NCBI GenBank assembly: GCA_965197425.1
Contig: CBDANC010000015.1
Location: 192,001 to 256,000 of the forward strand
Length of the DNA: 64,000 bases
DNA from: Bdellovibrionales bacterium
GTDB lineage: Bacteria > Bdellovibrionota > Bdellovibrionia > Bdellovibrionales > JAUICD01
Reading direction: 5' to 3'
Part shown: in pieces, positions 39,909 through 50,936 of the stretch
Layout: every line of letters begins with the position of its first letter
Position numbering within the stretch: the stretch's first letter is position 1
Notes under the pieces: generated by a model
The model's database searches: none
What the model saw: only the letters and a program-made list of their open reading frames with translations
What the model was told of the DNA's origin: nothing
Program-made: the position numbers and the translations under genes

Positions 39909-42458
39909 TTATTTGCTATATACAACTAAAACTTCTTTTGAAGAAAAGATTCGAGATGCCAAGTATTTAACTTGTGTGGCTTTTACGGATTTAATTTTGT
40001 CTGGATATTCAAATAAATAGTTGTTATCAAATCCTAATATTTTATTGCTTAAAACCGTTGAGCTTATGGATGAATTTCTTTGTATCCCTATCTGGTAAGA
40101 TCCTATTAAGTATTTTTTAGCTCCTTCTAATTTTTTTTCATCTACGTATTCAGTTAATTTTTTTAATTCAGACCTAATCATGGAAATAGCAGTTTCTTTT
40201 TTGGCAGGGTCACAAGCTATATAGACTGCAAAAAAACCGCCATTTAGACCTGAAAAAGTAACAGGGCATACTGTATAGGCTAGAGACTTTTTATCCCTCA
40301 GCTCTAAAAACAAACTTCCACCTTGTCCAGATAACAACGCTTCAAGCACCTTAAAAGTATAAATAGCATTATCCAATGCACTTATTGCTTGAAAACCTAA
40401 AACTATGTGTGCTTGTGGTTTATCAATTTTTTTAAAAACTTCCTTAGAATCAGATAACTTTTCTACTGATTGTATTTCACTAATCTTGCTCTCTTGTGAT
40501 TTTATACTATCTGCAAAGCTTTGATAGGTTTTTATTTTTCCGTTACCTACAATGGAAACATATGGGTTGTTCATATAAACTTTCCAATAATCTAGGATAT
40601 CTTTTTCTCTTATATTCTCTATAGAAGTCAAACTACCAATTGCATCTTTTCCATAAGGATGAAAAGCAAAAACATTTTTCACAAAGTCTAATACTGCAAG
40701 TCTAGATGGATTATCTTCTAAACTTTTTATATATTGTTTGATCTTCAGTTTTTCTCTTTTTAAAAAACTTGCATTAAATTTTGGTTGTGAAACTATTGAT
40801 CTCAGTATTTTTAAAAAACCATCAACATTTGGGGTTAGAGTTGTGAGCTGAAGGCCAAAAGCATTTTTAGAACAAAAGGAAGAAAGAGATGATGCTTTGC
40901 TGTCAATAAATTCCTTAAGCTCGATTTCACTCATATCGTGGGTTTCACATATGGCCATTTTAGATGATATAAGGGACAATCCGTTTAACTTATCACTTTC
41001 GTAGGCAACACCTCCCTTAAAACCAACGGAGATACTAACAGTAGGTGTATCTGTGTTTGAATAAAATGAAGATCTAGAGTTTAAAAAACAAAATTTGGAT
41101 TTTTTATGCGCTAGTTTAAATGAACTAACATTTATGTTTGAAGAAGTTTTTTTATTTGGTTTAAGGCTTCTTGCTAATTCAAACCCAAGTTTATACCCTC
41201 TATGCCAGTCCTTTAATATAGTCTCCATATTTTTTTTATTGGTAATAGATGATATTGTAACTTTATCTGGGCTTAGATATGAACCTACATTTAGAATGTC
41301 GCTTGATGAAACCTTACTTGCATTAGTGACGTACTTATCAAAGTAATTTATATCTCCAGACATATTATAGTAAAATCCATATTTTCTAGAAAGCCCATCG
41401 ACAGTTTCCATTGCATAAAATTCTTCACTTTCAATTAGCGATAGAGCTTTGGAAAGTTCCTCTTCACTTACAGGGCTTGAGAGTATTTCTATAAGTTCAT
41501 CACCTATTTTAGATATTGCATGTGCTGTGTTGTGTTCCACAAGTTTACATGACACTAAAAAAACTCCTTTATCTTTTAATAAGTAAATACCAGCACTAAC
41601 AGATGAGGCTAATGGTTTAGTCTGCAACATCAAGGACTTATGTAGCCTAGAACTGCTAGAACACCCTAATATCAAAGAGAGCATTTCGATAGCTGGTGTA
41701 TCTGAGTGATTCAAAGTAGGAACATGCCATGCAAAGTTAATTCTAGTTTGTTTAAATTTGGTGTTGTTTACCTTTATTCTGGGTTTGGTTTGAGGATTTT
41801 CTAATTTTCGTTTTACTTGTTTAATTTTGTTACTTTGTGTATCAAAACTTTCTACTTTGTTCTTCATTTTGCTAGACTCAAAGTCACCCGATATAACCAG
41901 GGTTATATTTGGTGCAGAGTAGTGATCTTTGTAGTAAGAAACTATTTTTTCTCTTGAAAATTTTTTGATATTTGAAGCCTTGCCTAAAATAGGTTTGGAG
42001 TAAGGGTGAGTTTTAAACATAGATGAAAAAATTAAATCGCTGGCTACGCTACTTGGACTGCCTGCGGCTCTTTTAATTTCCTCAATGACTACCTCTCGTT
42101 CCGCATCTATATCCTTTTGATTAAAACTTGGGTGTATAATCATTTCTCTTATTACATCCAAGGCAACATCTTGATACTCACTTGCAATTGTTACATAGTA
42201 GACAGTGTGGTCAAAGGAGGTGTATGCATTCAGCTCACCTCCAGAACTCTCCACAATAGAAGCTATTTCTCCTAAGGAATATTTTTTTGTACCCTTAAAT
42301 AATAGATGTTCTATGAAATGAGTTATACCAGATTCTGATTTTGTTTCATCAGCACTGCCTGTACCTATCCATGCCTGTACGGAGACGACAGGAGATTTAG
42401 TGGAAGGAATAAGAATAACATCCATTTTGTTTTTTAGGCTGTATTTATGTATTTTCAA
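39909..42458 (-). CDS. M16 family zinc metallopeptidase (fused two-half pitrilysin-like)
   Basis: HFIEH (HxxEH), NAYTSFD and EREVVIEE motifs; inactive second half with LRDKKSLAY. Confidence 0.93.
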   Translation of the reverse strand: MKIHKYSLKNKMDVILIPSTKSPVVSVQAWIGTGSADETKSESGITHFIEHLLFKGTKKYSLGEIASIVESSGGELNAYTSFDHTVYYVTIASEYQDVALDVIREMIIHPSFNQKDIDAEREVVIEEIKRAAGSPSSVASDLIFSSMFKTHPYSKPILGKASNIKKFSREKIVSYYKDHYSAPNITLVISGDFESSKMKNKVESFDTQSNKIKQVKRKLENPQTKPRIKVNNTKFKQTRINFAWHVPTLNHSDTPAIEMLSLILGCSSSSRLHKSLMLQTKPLASSVSAGIYLLKDKGVFLVSCKLVEHNTAHAISKIGDELIEILSSPVSEEELSKALSLIESEEFYAMETVDGLSRKYGFYYNMSGDINYFDKYVTNASKVSSSDILNVGSYLSPDKVTISSITNKKNMETILKDWHRGYKLGFELARSLKPNKKTSSNINVSSFKLAHKKSKFCFLNSRSSFYSNTDTPTVSISVGFKGGVAYESDKLNGLSLISSKMAICETHDMSEIELKEFIDSKASSLSSFCSKNAFGLQLTTLTPNVDGFLKILRSIVSQPKFNASFLKREKLKIKQYIKSLEDNPSRLAVLDFVKNVFAFHPYGKDAIGSLTSIENIREKDILDYWKVYMNNPYVSIVGNGKIKTYQSFADSIKSQESKISEIQSVEKLSDSKEVFKKIDKPQAHIVLGFQAISALDNAIYTFKVLEALLSGQGGSLFLELRDKKSLAYTVCPVTFSGLNGGFFAVYIACDPAKKETAISMIRSELKKLTEYVDEKKLEGAKKYLIGSYQIGIQRNSSISSTVLSNKILGFDNNYLFEYPDKIKSVKATQVKYLASRIFSSKEVLVVYSK

Positions 42459-42534
42459 AAAAACCTCAAAAAATTACGTGTATCCTAACCAGCCTACTTG
42501 ATTTTTTTTATGCTTTCTACATATATTTTATTAC

Positions 42535-43647
42535 ATGTCACAAGCTTTATATGTCCATATTCCTTATTGTAAACAACTCTGTCCTTACTGCAGTTTTTCA
42601 AAGTATAAAATTGGAAAAACTATATCGCCTCATGAGTATGTACAGCTGCTTTTTTTAGAAATTAAGCATATGTCACACCTGATCAAAAATCCTTACAGTA
42701 TCTATCTAGGAGGTGGTACCCCAAGCATGATCGGAGCAGAAAATATTAAACTTATATTAGAAAAACTAGATCCTTGTGATGAAATAACGGTGGAAATAGA
42801 TCCAGGTACAGTAACCAAGGAAGATATAGATATTTTGATAGATGCAAAAGTAAGTCGTTTTAGCCTTGGTGTACAAAGTATGGATGATGTTTTTTTAAAA
42901 AAAATGGGCAGAACTCATTCTGAAAAAGATACCTTGGAGTTGGTAGATATTTTAAATAAAAAAAATATAAACTTTTCTATGGATCTATTGTTTGCTCTGC
43001 CAGATCAAACGGTGCACCACTTACAGACTGATATAAAAAAAATGCTAACTTGCAAGCCCAAACACATAAGCTCATATCTATTAGAAATACCTAGTAGACA
43101 TAAATTAGGCCATAATAGAGCTAGTGAAAAAGAACAAGTAGAAATGATAGAAACAATAAATCAAATGCTCTCAGAGGAAAATTTCAATAGATATGAAATA
43201 TCAAACTATGCAAAAAGAGGTTTTGAAAGCAAACACAATCTATCATATTGGAATGATCTATCATATATAGGACTTGGACTATCCGCTCACTCATATATAA
43301 AAGAAATAGGATGGGGGGTGAGATTTTGGAATACCAAAAGCATGCAACAATACTCTAAACAAGTTAGAAAAGATTATATGTACAGAAAAACAGAAGTTTT
43401 AACCAAAGCAGAGTCACTTACCGACTATTGCCACTTTAGCCTTAGAAAATTAGAAGGGCTTTCGTGCAATGCATTAAAGGACAAGTATGGTATTGAGACA
43501 TACAAAGTTTTTACGGATCGTGCTAATTTGCTCTGTGACAGAGGCTATATTACTATAGATAAGAAAATCTCATTATCCAAAAAAGGTTTATTGTTCTTTA
43601 ATCGTGTATTAGAAAACCTTTTGTTTACAGATGAAGATTTAAGTTAG
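42535..43647 (+). CDS. hemW: Radical SAM heme chaperone HemW
   Basis: LYVHIPYCKQLCPYCSF, YLGGGTPS, YEISNYA and HNLSYW motifs. Confidence 0.9.
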   Translation: MSQALYVHIPYCKQLCPYCSFSKYKIGKTISPHEYVQLLFLEIKHMSHLIKNPYSIYLGGGTPSMIGAENIKLILEKLDPCDEITVEIDPGTVTKEDIDILIDAKVSRFSLGVQSMDDVFLKKMGRTHSEKDTLELVDILNKKNINFSMDLLFALPDQTVHHLQTDIKKMLTCKPKHISSYLLEIPSRHKLGHNRASEKEQVEMIETINQMLSEENFNRYEISNYAKRGFESKHNLSYWNDLSYIGLGLSAHSYIKEIGWGVRFWNTKSMQQYSKQVRKDYMYRKTEVLTKAESLTDYCHFSLRKLEGLSCNALKDKYGIETYKVFTDRANLLCDRGYITIDKKISLSKKGLLFFNRVLENLLFTDEDLS

Positions 43648-43658
43648 GAGAATGTTAT

Positions 43659-44390
43659 ATGAAATCTGGTGCTCGTGAGGATAAGAAAACTGATCTTAAA
43701 AACAAGTCAGAAGAGCAACAATATTCAGAAAAACAAGAAGCAGATACACCAGATAATGGTAAAGGGTCTAACACCCTAGATGACGATAAGTCAGATGACA
43801 GCAATAAATCTACTAGCACTTCTAGTAAAAAAGAAACCATTACTTTGGATAGGGAAGAATACGATAAATTAATAACTGATCTAGAAAAGCAAAAACAGGA
43901 TTATCTATATCTGTATGCAGAGATGGAAAACTTAAATAAACGAGTGATCAAGGAACGATCGGAGCTTTTAAAATATGGTTCTCAGAATATATTTACTGCT
44001 CTTTTAGAAATTGTAGACAATTTTGAAAGAGCACTATCTTTAGAAGTTAACAAAGATAACATCGAAGCTTTTACAGATGGTGTAAAGCTTATAAATAATT
44101 TACTACTTGAGCTTTTAAGTAGCTTTTCTGTAAAAGAAGTACCTTCTTTGAGAAAACCGTTTGATCCTATAGTACATGAGGCTCTAGGAACAGAGCCTTC
44201 TAGTGATATAGAAGAAGGGTGTGTTTCGAAAGTATTAGTCAAACCTTATAAACTGCATGACAAGGTAATCAGAACGGGTCATGTTATTGTGGTTAATAAC
44301 AGCAAAAGTAACAAGATGGATTCCAATATTGAAGACAAAAATGATAATGACCCTGAAGAACAAGAAATTCAAAATGAAGACCAAAATTAA
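43659..44390 (+). CDS. grpE: Nucleotide exchange factor GrpE
   Basis: AEMENLNKR, DNFERAL, FDPIVHEAL and YKLHDKVIR motifs. Confidence 0.93.
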   Translation: MKSGAREDKKTDLKNKSEEQQYSEKQEADTPDNGKGSNTLDDDKSDDSNKSTSTSSKKETITLDREEYDKLITDLEKQKQDYLYLYAEMENLNKRVIKERSELLKYGSQNIFTALLEIVDNFERALSLEVNKDNIEAFTDGVKLINNLLLELLSSFSVKEVPSLRKPFDPIVHEALGTEPSSDIEEGCVSKVLVKPYKLHDKVIRTGHVIVVNNSKSNKMDSNIEDKNDNDPEEQEIQNEDQN

Positions 44391-46332
44391 TAAGTTTTTT
44401 ATTATAATTTTATCCCTTGCCATTTCTTCTTGTACTCTTGTTTCAAGAAAGGATTTGGCTTCTCCTGAAAGATCGGAGTTTAATAGAGTTAAAAATGACA
44501 GAAAAAATTTCGGACATGAACAAAGACTTTTAGCTTTTGCCAAAAAACACCCTAGAACCAATGCAGCATCTGAGGCATATTTTGAACTAGGTAATATGGC
44601 TTTCAAAAAGAAGAGCTTTGAACTTGCAGTTAAGTATTACGATAAAGTCAGGTATATTAAGTCGTCTGATAAAGCTAATGTTTTGAAAGCTTATGCATTG
44701 ATAAACTTAAAAAGACAAAATCAAGCATATCTAATAGCCGATAAACTCTCTAAAAAAAATCGGTTAGATGAAGAAGTTTTATATAATGCTTTGTCCATAA
44801 AAGCACTTTTGTCCGAAAATATTCAAACTTCAAAAGAAAGACTCATAACATACGACAAACTGTTATATGTGTCTGGCAAAGTTGGATCAAAATATAATTA
44901 CTATCCGGAGACAACCGGCAATTTAAATTTTACTTCAGATCCTTTGAAATATAGAATAAAGGCAATTCAAATAATCGATACTTTAGACGCTTCTGATTTG
45001 GAAAAGATAGCATTATCAAGTAACCCCTTAAATTCTTATTTATTTTTTAAATTAGGAAAATTTTATTTTGAGCAGTCAAGATTTGATCAGGCAAGGTTGT
45101 ACTTAGAAAGGGTTACTCGTTTAGACAGAGGCAAATATAGGGAAGAATCAATGAGATTGATCTCTCAATTATTTGCCAAGTCAAAGGTTAACAGAAAAAA
45201 GATTGGAGTGATACTACCAATCAGTGGCCTGCAAAATACTTACGGGCATAGAGCTCTTTTGGGCCTAAATGCAGCTTTCAAAACTTATGAATCTAATAAT
45301 GATAATGATTTTGAAATAGTTGTGATGGATAGCCAAAATAATGAATCGGTAGCTGAGAGAGCTGTCGAAACATTAGTAATAGATCATCATGTGGTTGCTA
45401 TTTTAGGAGGATTGCTTAGCAAGACTGCCAAAGTTATTTCCACTAAGGCACAGGAATTAGGAGTGGTAAATATAACTTTATCTCAGAAAGACGGGATAAC
45501 AGATATAGGTGATTATATTTTTAGAAGTGCCATGACTTTGAGTGATCAAATAGATCTTTTAGTTAGAACTGCCATAAATAAGTACAAAATTAAAAACTTT
45601 GGTATGCTTTATCCTAAAACAAAATATGGAGAAGATAGTGGACTTATATTTTGGCAAATAGTGCTAAAGCATGGTGGTAATGTTGTAGCTACCCAGTCTT
45701 ATGAACATGATGAAACTGATTTTTCAGAACATATAAAAAAATTGGTGGGTACATACTATATTATAGATAGAAGAACAGAGTATAAATCTAAACTAGATGA
45801 ATGGAAGTCTAAAAATCCACACATGAGTGGTAGAGTGAAGCCCCCTCAAAATTTATTACAACCCGTTGTTACCTTTGATGCTTTGTTTGTTCCAGATGAT
45901 GTAAAAGCACTAGGTCAAATTGCTCCAATGCTTAATTATAATGATGTGAATGAAATAACTTTGCTTGGAACTAACCTTTGGAACACCCCTGCCTTACATA
46001 ACAGAGTGCCTCACTATACTAGTTTAGTTTATGTTGATAGTTTCAGATCTGAAAAACCACCATTTACTACTTCTAGTTTTAGAAAAAGCTTTTTAAAAAC
46101 ATTTAATAGAGAACCTACTATTATAGAATTGCAATCATATGATGCTGGTATTTTTTTAAAACTAGCTTTACAAAAATTAAAAACTAACTCTAGACAAAAG
46201 CTAAAAGACATTATGTTAACTCAAAATAGAGTACCAGGAGCCTTAGGTTCTTTGGAAATACAAAGAGATACTGGTGTTATTAAACGGCCATTGGTTTTGT
46301 TAGAAAGAATCGTCCCCAAAGAATCTAACTAA
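44374..46332 (+). CDS. Penicillin-binding protein activator LpoA-like lipoprotein (TPR plus periplasmic-binding-protein domain)
   Basis: From the ATG at 44374: lipoprotein signal MKTKINKFFIIILSLAISSC, TPRs, KIGVILPISG, FDALFVPD and LLGTNLW. Confidence 0.8.
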   Translation: MKTKINKFFIIILSLAISSCTLVSRKDLASPERSEFNRVKNDRKNFGHEQRLLAFAKKHPRTNAASEAYFELGNMAFKKKSFELAVKYYDKVRYIKSSDKANVLKAYALINLKRQNQAYLIADKLSKKNRLDEEVLYNALSIKALLSENIQTSKERLITYDKLLYVSGKVGSKYNYYPETTGNLNFTSDPLKYRIKAIQIIDTLDASDLEKIALSSNPLNSYLFFKLGKFYFEQSRFDQARLYLERVTRLDRGKYREESMRLISQLFAKSKVNRKKIGVILPISGLQNTYGHRALLGLNAAFKTYESNNDNDFEIVVMDSQNNESVAERAVETLVIDHHVVAILGGLLSKTAKVISTKAQELGVVNITLSQKDGITDIGDYIFRSAMTLSDQIDLLVRTAINKYKIKNFGMLYPKTKYGEDSGLIFWQIVLKHGGNVVATQSYEHDETDFSEHIKKLVGTYYIIDRRTEYKSKLDEWKSKNPHMSGRVKPPQNLLQPVVTFDALFVPDDVKALGQIAPMLNYNDVNEITLLGTNLWNTPALHNRVPHYTSLVYVDSFRSEKPPFTTSSFRKSFLKTFNREPTIIELQSYDAGIFLKLALQKLKTNSRQKLKDIMLTQNRVPGALGSLEIQRDTGVIKRPLVLLERIVPKESN

Positions 46333-46361
46333 TAGCTACATCCTAAAGCATATTAGTAAAA

Positions 46362-47672
46362 TTATTTTTTGCGAGTGAAAATTCTGATTGGTATACCTGA
46401 TAAATCCCATTTCTTTTTTATTTGGTTTACTAAAAATTTCTTAAACCTATCCTCTAAAGGTTTTGTGCTATTTGTAAACGCAATAAATGTTGGTGGAACC
46501 TGTTTAGTGTGAACAGCATAATATAATTTTGTTCTACCACTAAAAACTGGTGAATTTTTAGTCACAGTCGAAAAAAATGAATTTAATTCAGAAGTTGTTA
46601 CCTTAAAATGCAATTTACTCCAAAGACTTTCAATAGTCTTGAATAAAACCCCTACACCACTACCTGTTTGTGCACTAATAAAAACTATAGGTATATCTTT
46701 AAAAAATGAAAATACATTTTTAATGTTATCTCTTATTGCTTTTCTAAAGTCTTGAATTTCTTGTTTTCCAATATCACTTTTGTTGATCACTAAAATTACA
46801 GGTTTGTGTATCTTAAGAGCATTGCTAACTAGCCTAGCTTCTTGATGGCCAACTCCTGCCGTGCAGTCAACTATAAGTAAGACTATGTCAGATTGTTCTA
46901 TTGATTTCTCTGATTGAATGCTAGATAGCATTTCAAGCCCAGAGCTTCTTTGTGCCTTTCTTCTAATACCAGCAGTATCTATAAGCTTATATTTTTTACC
47001 TTCAAACTCTACAATACTATCAACACTATCAGTTGTGGTTCCAGGAATGTTGGTTACAATCATGCGGTTGTAGCCATTTATAAAATTACAAAGTGTACTT
47101 TTTCCAGAGTTAGGTTTTCCAATTATTGTCAGGGTTTTAATTTGTTGATTTGTTTCTAAAGGGCTCTCGTCTTTTTTTGAGGTACAGACTTCATTTACTA
47201 TCCAATCCAATATATCAGCTATGCCAATTTTGTTCTCAAAAGCAGCACAAAGCCAAGTGTGATGTAGTTCGTAGAACTCAGATTTTATTTTTGCTTCATT
47301 TTTGTAAGAATCAACTTTATTGATTACAAAAAATACTTTGTGTCCACATTTCTTGGCTAACCTTACAACATTTTTATCCTCTGGATGAATACCAGATTTG
47401 CCATCTACTATTACTACTACAGCATCCACATTGGTTAATAATTCAAGAATTTTGTTTTCTATTTCTTTGCTAAAAAGATCATGAGATTTATTTAAACCTC
47501 CAGTATCAATAATTTTAAACTGTTGTTTGCGCCATGAAGCGTTTGATATTTTTATGTCCCTAGTTGTGCCAGGATCATTTTTTACAAGTGCTTTCCTTGT
47601 ACCTACTATTTTGTTGAACAAGGTTGACTTGCCTACATTAGGCCTTCCTATTATAGCGATCTTTACTAGCAT
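46362..47672 (-). CDS. der: Ribosome biogenesis GTPase Der (EngA)
   Basis: Two G domains: GRPNVGKST/DTGG/NKVD and GKPNSGKST/DTAG/NKSD. Confidence 0.96.
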   Translation of the reverse strand: MLVKIAIIGRPNVGKSTLFNKIVGTRKALVKNDPGTTRDIKISNASWRKQQFKIIDTGGLNKSHDLFSKEIENKILELLTNVDAVVVIVDGKSGIHPEDKNVVRLAKKCGHKVFFVINKVDSYKNEAKIKSEFYELHHTWLCAAFENKIGIADILDWIVNEVCTSKKDESPLETNQQIKTLTIIGKPNSGKSTLCNFINGYNRMIVTNIPGTTTDSVDSIVEFEGKKYKLIDTAGIRRKAQRSSGLEMLSSIQSEKSIEQSDIVLLIVDCTAGVGHQEARLVSNALKIHKPVILVINKSDIGKQEIQDFRKAIRDNIKNVFSFFKDIPIVFISAQTGSGVGVLFKTIESLWSKLHFKVTTSELNSFFSTVTKNSPVFSGRTKLYYAVHTKQVPPTFIAFTNSTKPLEDRFKKFLVNQIKKKWDLSGIPIRIFTRKK

Positions 47673-48537
47673 TATTAAAACCTAAATTTTTGAGGATAAG
47701 TGAGTTTTGTCTCCATTTCTTCTTAACACTAACATGTAAACTTAGAGTAGTTTTTTTTGAAAAAAATCTCTTTAGGGTAATTTCTGCTCTCGTTCTTATT
47801 TCCTGTATGGTTCTCCCATCGCGGCCTATGACTATTTTTTTGTGATTTTCTTTTTCTATTATAATATCGGCGTATATTTTTAATTCTTTGTTATTATCAT
47901 CATATGATCTCACCTGAACAGCCAGTCCATAAGGAATCTCTTCAAGGAGCAGGTTAAAACACTGTTCTCTTATTTTTTCTGCTGCTAGCTCTTTTGAGCT
48001 AATAGTGCTAAGTTGCTCTGGATCAAATAAGAAGCTATCAGCCTTAGGAAGAAGGGGTTCTATCTTTTCTAATATCTCTGCTTTTGCTTGCTGTGGTTTA
48101 CATTTGGCGCTTACAGAACAAAATATTGCGTCTTTCATTTTATTTTCCAGGATAAAGCGTCTTCTGGGTTTAATATCTGTTTTAGTTATCACAAATATTA
48201 CATTTGGCCTACTTATATATTTATCAATCAGTTTAAATAATATGTTTGGATTATTAAGGTCCAGGGGTAATAAAACTAACAGAATGTCAGAAGTTTTAAT
48301 AATATTATTATACTCAGATTCTAAAAAGTTATTAATGCCAATTTTATCCTTAACAAATCCAGGGCTATCGACAAATACTATTTGTGTATTTTCATAAGTT
48401 AGTATGCCAGTAATCCTATTTCTGGTTGTTTGTGGTTTATCCGTAACAATGCTAAGTTTTTCTCCAACCAATGCATTCAATAAGGTGCTTTTGCCTGCAT
48501 TAGCAAGTCCGACGATACCTACAAAACCTACTTTCAT
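47638..48537 (-). CDS. era: GTPase Era
   Basis: GLANAGKSTLLN, KPQTTR, EEIPY and a KH domain (IVIGRDG). Confidence 0.96.
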   Translation of the reverse strand: MKVGFVGIVGLANAGKSTLLNALVGEKLSIVTDKPQTTRNRITGILTYENTQIVFVDSPGFVKDKIGINNFLESEYNNIIKTSDILLVLLPLDLNNPNILFKLIDKYISRPNVIFVITKTDIKPRRRFILENKMKDAIFCSVSAKCKPQQAKAEILEKIEPLLPKADSFLFDPEQLSTISSKELAAEKIREQCFNLLLEEIPYGLAVQVRSYDDNNKELKIYADIIIEKENHKKIVIGRDGRTIQEIRTRAEITLKRFFSKKTTLSLHVSVKKKWRQNSLILKNLGFNNASKDRYNRKA

Positions 48538-49199
48538 ATACTATCCTCTATTTTTTCAATAGCTTCCTTTGCGGCACATTGTTCTGCTAGTTTTTTATTT
48601 GATCCTACTCCAGTTGCTAAGCATTTTTCATTTACAAGAACATTTATGAAGAATTTTTTATTATGATCAGGTCCTTCAGTTTTATTAACTCTGTATTCAG
48701 GGTTGGTGGAATACTCTTTATAAACTATTTGTTGAAGTTTATCCTTGTAATTTACTCTTTCATCTTCTGTTTTCACATTCAACAGCTCATCTTTAAATAG
48801 AGAGTAAATCACATCTTTTGTGGTTTCAAAATCCGAGTCTAAGTATATAGCTCCAATTATAGCCTCAAGAGCTGATGCTATTAGTCTCTTTTTATTTCTG
48901 CCGCCAGATAATTCTTCACCTTTTCCAAAGTATATTTTGTTTTGTATTTTTAAATTTTTTGCTACATAAAAAAGAATATTTTCGTTTACAAGCTTATCTC
49001 TTTTTATGGAAATTTCTCCTTCGTTGTCTTGTGGATAGATCTTAAATAATATATCTGTTATAGCTAAACTTAGTACAGAGTCTCCCAAAAGCTCGAGTCG
49101 TTCATTGTTAATACAGCTTTTGTTTTCATTTGCAAAGCTAGAGTGCGTGAGTGCTTCCTTCAACAGTTTATCATCATTAAACTTGTAAAATTCTTTCAT
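48534..49199 (-). CDS. rnc: Ribonuclease III
   Basis: ALTHSS, NERLELLGDSVL, EAIIGAIYLD and a dsRBD (GPDH). Confidence 0.97.
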   Translation of the reverse strand: MKEFYKFNDDKLLKEALTHSSFANENKSCINNERLELLGDSVLSLAITDILFKIYPQDNEGEISIKRDKLVNENILFYVAKNLKIQNKIYFGKGEELSGGRNKKRLIASALEAIIGAIYLDSDFETTKDVIYSLFKDELLNVKTEDERVNYKDKLQQIVYKEYSTNPEYRVNKTEGPDHNKKFFINVLVNEKCLATGVGSNKKLAEQCAAKEAIEKIEDSI

Positions 49200-49254
49200 T
49201 GAGTTTTACATAACACTTTCAAAAGATGCTTTCAATATATATTAGTTTATGATT

Positions 49255-50892
49255 TTAATTCTTATTATTTTCTCTATCAGTTTTTTTTAACCATCTATAA
49301 AGAGTTGATTTAGGTACATTTAATTCTTCAGCGGTCTCAAGTACACCTACTTCTTTTGCCTGTTCTACGGCCTTGGTTTTAAATTCTTCTGTATATACTT
49401 TTCTTTCAAGAATCTTTTTGATTTCGACACCGAGTTTGTTTGCCCAGTTATAAATATTGTCTATTGGGACATCGAATTCTTTAGAGGCCTCAGGAGCCCC
49501 TACTTCTTTTGCTCGCTCTATGACCCTGATTTTAAATTCTTCTGTGTATGTTTTTCTTTCGCGAATCTTTTTGATTTCCACACCTCGTTCATTTGCCCAT
49601 CTACGAATATTGTCTGGTGAGACATCGAATTCTTTAGCGGCCTCAGGAGCACCTACTTGTTTTGCATATTCTACGATCTTTGTTTTAAATTCTTCTGTAT
49701 ATGTTTTATTAATCCTTTTGATTTGAATACCGAGTTTGTTTGCCCATTTACGAACATTTATTATTGGTACATCGAATTCTTTAGCGGCCTTAGATACCCC
49801 TACTTCTTTTGCCCGCTCTATGGCCTTGGTTTTAAATTCTTCTGTATATGTTTTACGGATATTTTTTTTTATTTTAACACCGAGTTTGTTTGCCCAGTTA
49901 TAAATATTGTCTATTAGGACATCGAATTCTTTAGAGGCGTCAGGAGCCCCTACTTCTTTTGCTCGCTCTATGACCTTGGCTTTAAATTCGTCTGTATATA
50001 CATTTCCAATTTTAACACCTGGTTCTTCTATCCCTTCATGAATGGCTACTCTTGATATATTTAATTGGCCTGAGGAGTTAGGTGTGTCTAAATTTATGAC
50101 AAGCTTTGTGACTTTATCTTTTTTTGTATAGTCACTGGTTTCTACACCGAACTCTTCCATCCATCTACGAATAGTTTCTCCTGATTTATTTAGTTCTCTG
50201 ACAGCCTCGGATACACCTTTTTTTCTGACTAACTCTACGGCCTTAGTTTTATATTCATCTAACCAAATATAAATGGTTAGCCCGGTTTCACTTAATTGTC
50301 TAGAGGCCTCAGGTACACCTTCTCTTATTGCTAATTCTACGGTTTTGGTTTTATGTTGATTTAACCAATAACTAATAATTTCTCCTGATATACCTAATAT
50401 TCTACTAGCCTCTGGTACACCTTCTTTTCTAGCTAGCTCTATGGCCTCAGTTTTTTCTTCATTTGAATATGTTTTATGAATCTGAGTATTTCTGATTTGA
50501 GTACCTGTTCTTTGCTCGTAGTCGATTATCCATTCTTTTAAAGAGGTCCTACCCATGTCCAATAGTTTTGCTGCTCCATTTACATTTCCTTCCATTACTT
50601 TTACTACTTCGATAGCAAGAAGTTTTTCTTCATCAGAGTACCTACTTCCCATAAGAGGGTTTCTGACACTAAAGTATGCATCTACTGCTCTTTTAATTTC
50701 AGCTGCCTTATCAACTCCTAATTCACGAAATTGATCTAAAATGGATTCAGATTCTTCGCTTGAATTTTCAAGTGACTCTGTAAGCGCGTTTTTACAAGGA
50801 GCCTGGTTTGTATCGTCTAGTGCAGGCATCCCATCTGTCATGGCGTACACATTGAATGAAAAAACTAATGAAAAAATAAAATTCAAAAACAT
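49255..50892 (-). CDS. Signal-peptide-bearing tandem HTH repeat protein, paralog 3 (9 HTH units)
   Basis: N-terminal MFLNFIFSLVFSFNVYA; repeated YTEEFK..(V/A)(I/V)E.AKEVG...A(A/S)KEFDV....I..W units resembling IS3-family OrfA HTH; no DDE domain. Confidence 0.85.
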   Translation of the reverse strand: MFLNFIFSLVFSFNVYAMTDGMPALDDTNQAPCKNALTESLENSSEESESILDQFRELGVDKAAEIKRAVDAYFSVRNPLMGSRYSDEEKLLAIEVVKVMEGNVNGAAKLLDMGRTSLKEWIIDYEQRTGTQIRNTQIHKTYSNEEKTEAIELARKEGVPEASRILGISGEIISYWLNQHKTKTVELAIREGVPEASRQLSETGLTIYIWLDEYKTKAVELVRKKGVSEAVRELNKSGETIRRWMEEFGVETSDYTKKDKVTKLVINLDTPNSSGQLNISRVAIHEGIEEPGVKIGNVYTDEFKAKVIERAKEVGAPDASKEFDVLIDNIYNWANKLGVKIKKNIRKTYTEEFKTKAIERAKEVGVSKAAKEFDVPIINVRKWANKLGIQIKRINKTYTEEFKTKIVEYAKQVGAPEAAKEFDVSPDNIRRWANERGVEIKKIRERKTYTEEFKIRVIERAKEVGAPEASKEFDVPIDNIYNWANKLGVEIKKILERKVYTEEFKTKAVEQAKEVGVLETAEELNVPKSTLYRWLKKTDRENNKN

Positions 50893-50936
50893 AAAATAGC
50901 ACCCATTTTAATTCCTATTATTTTCTCTATCAGTTC

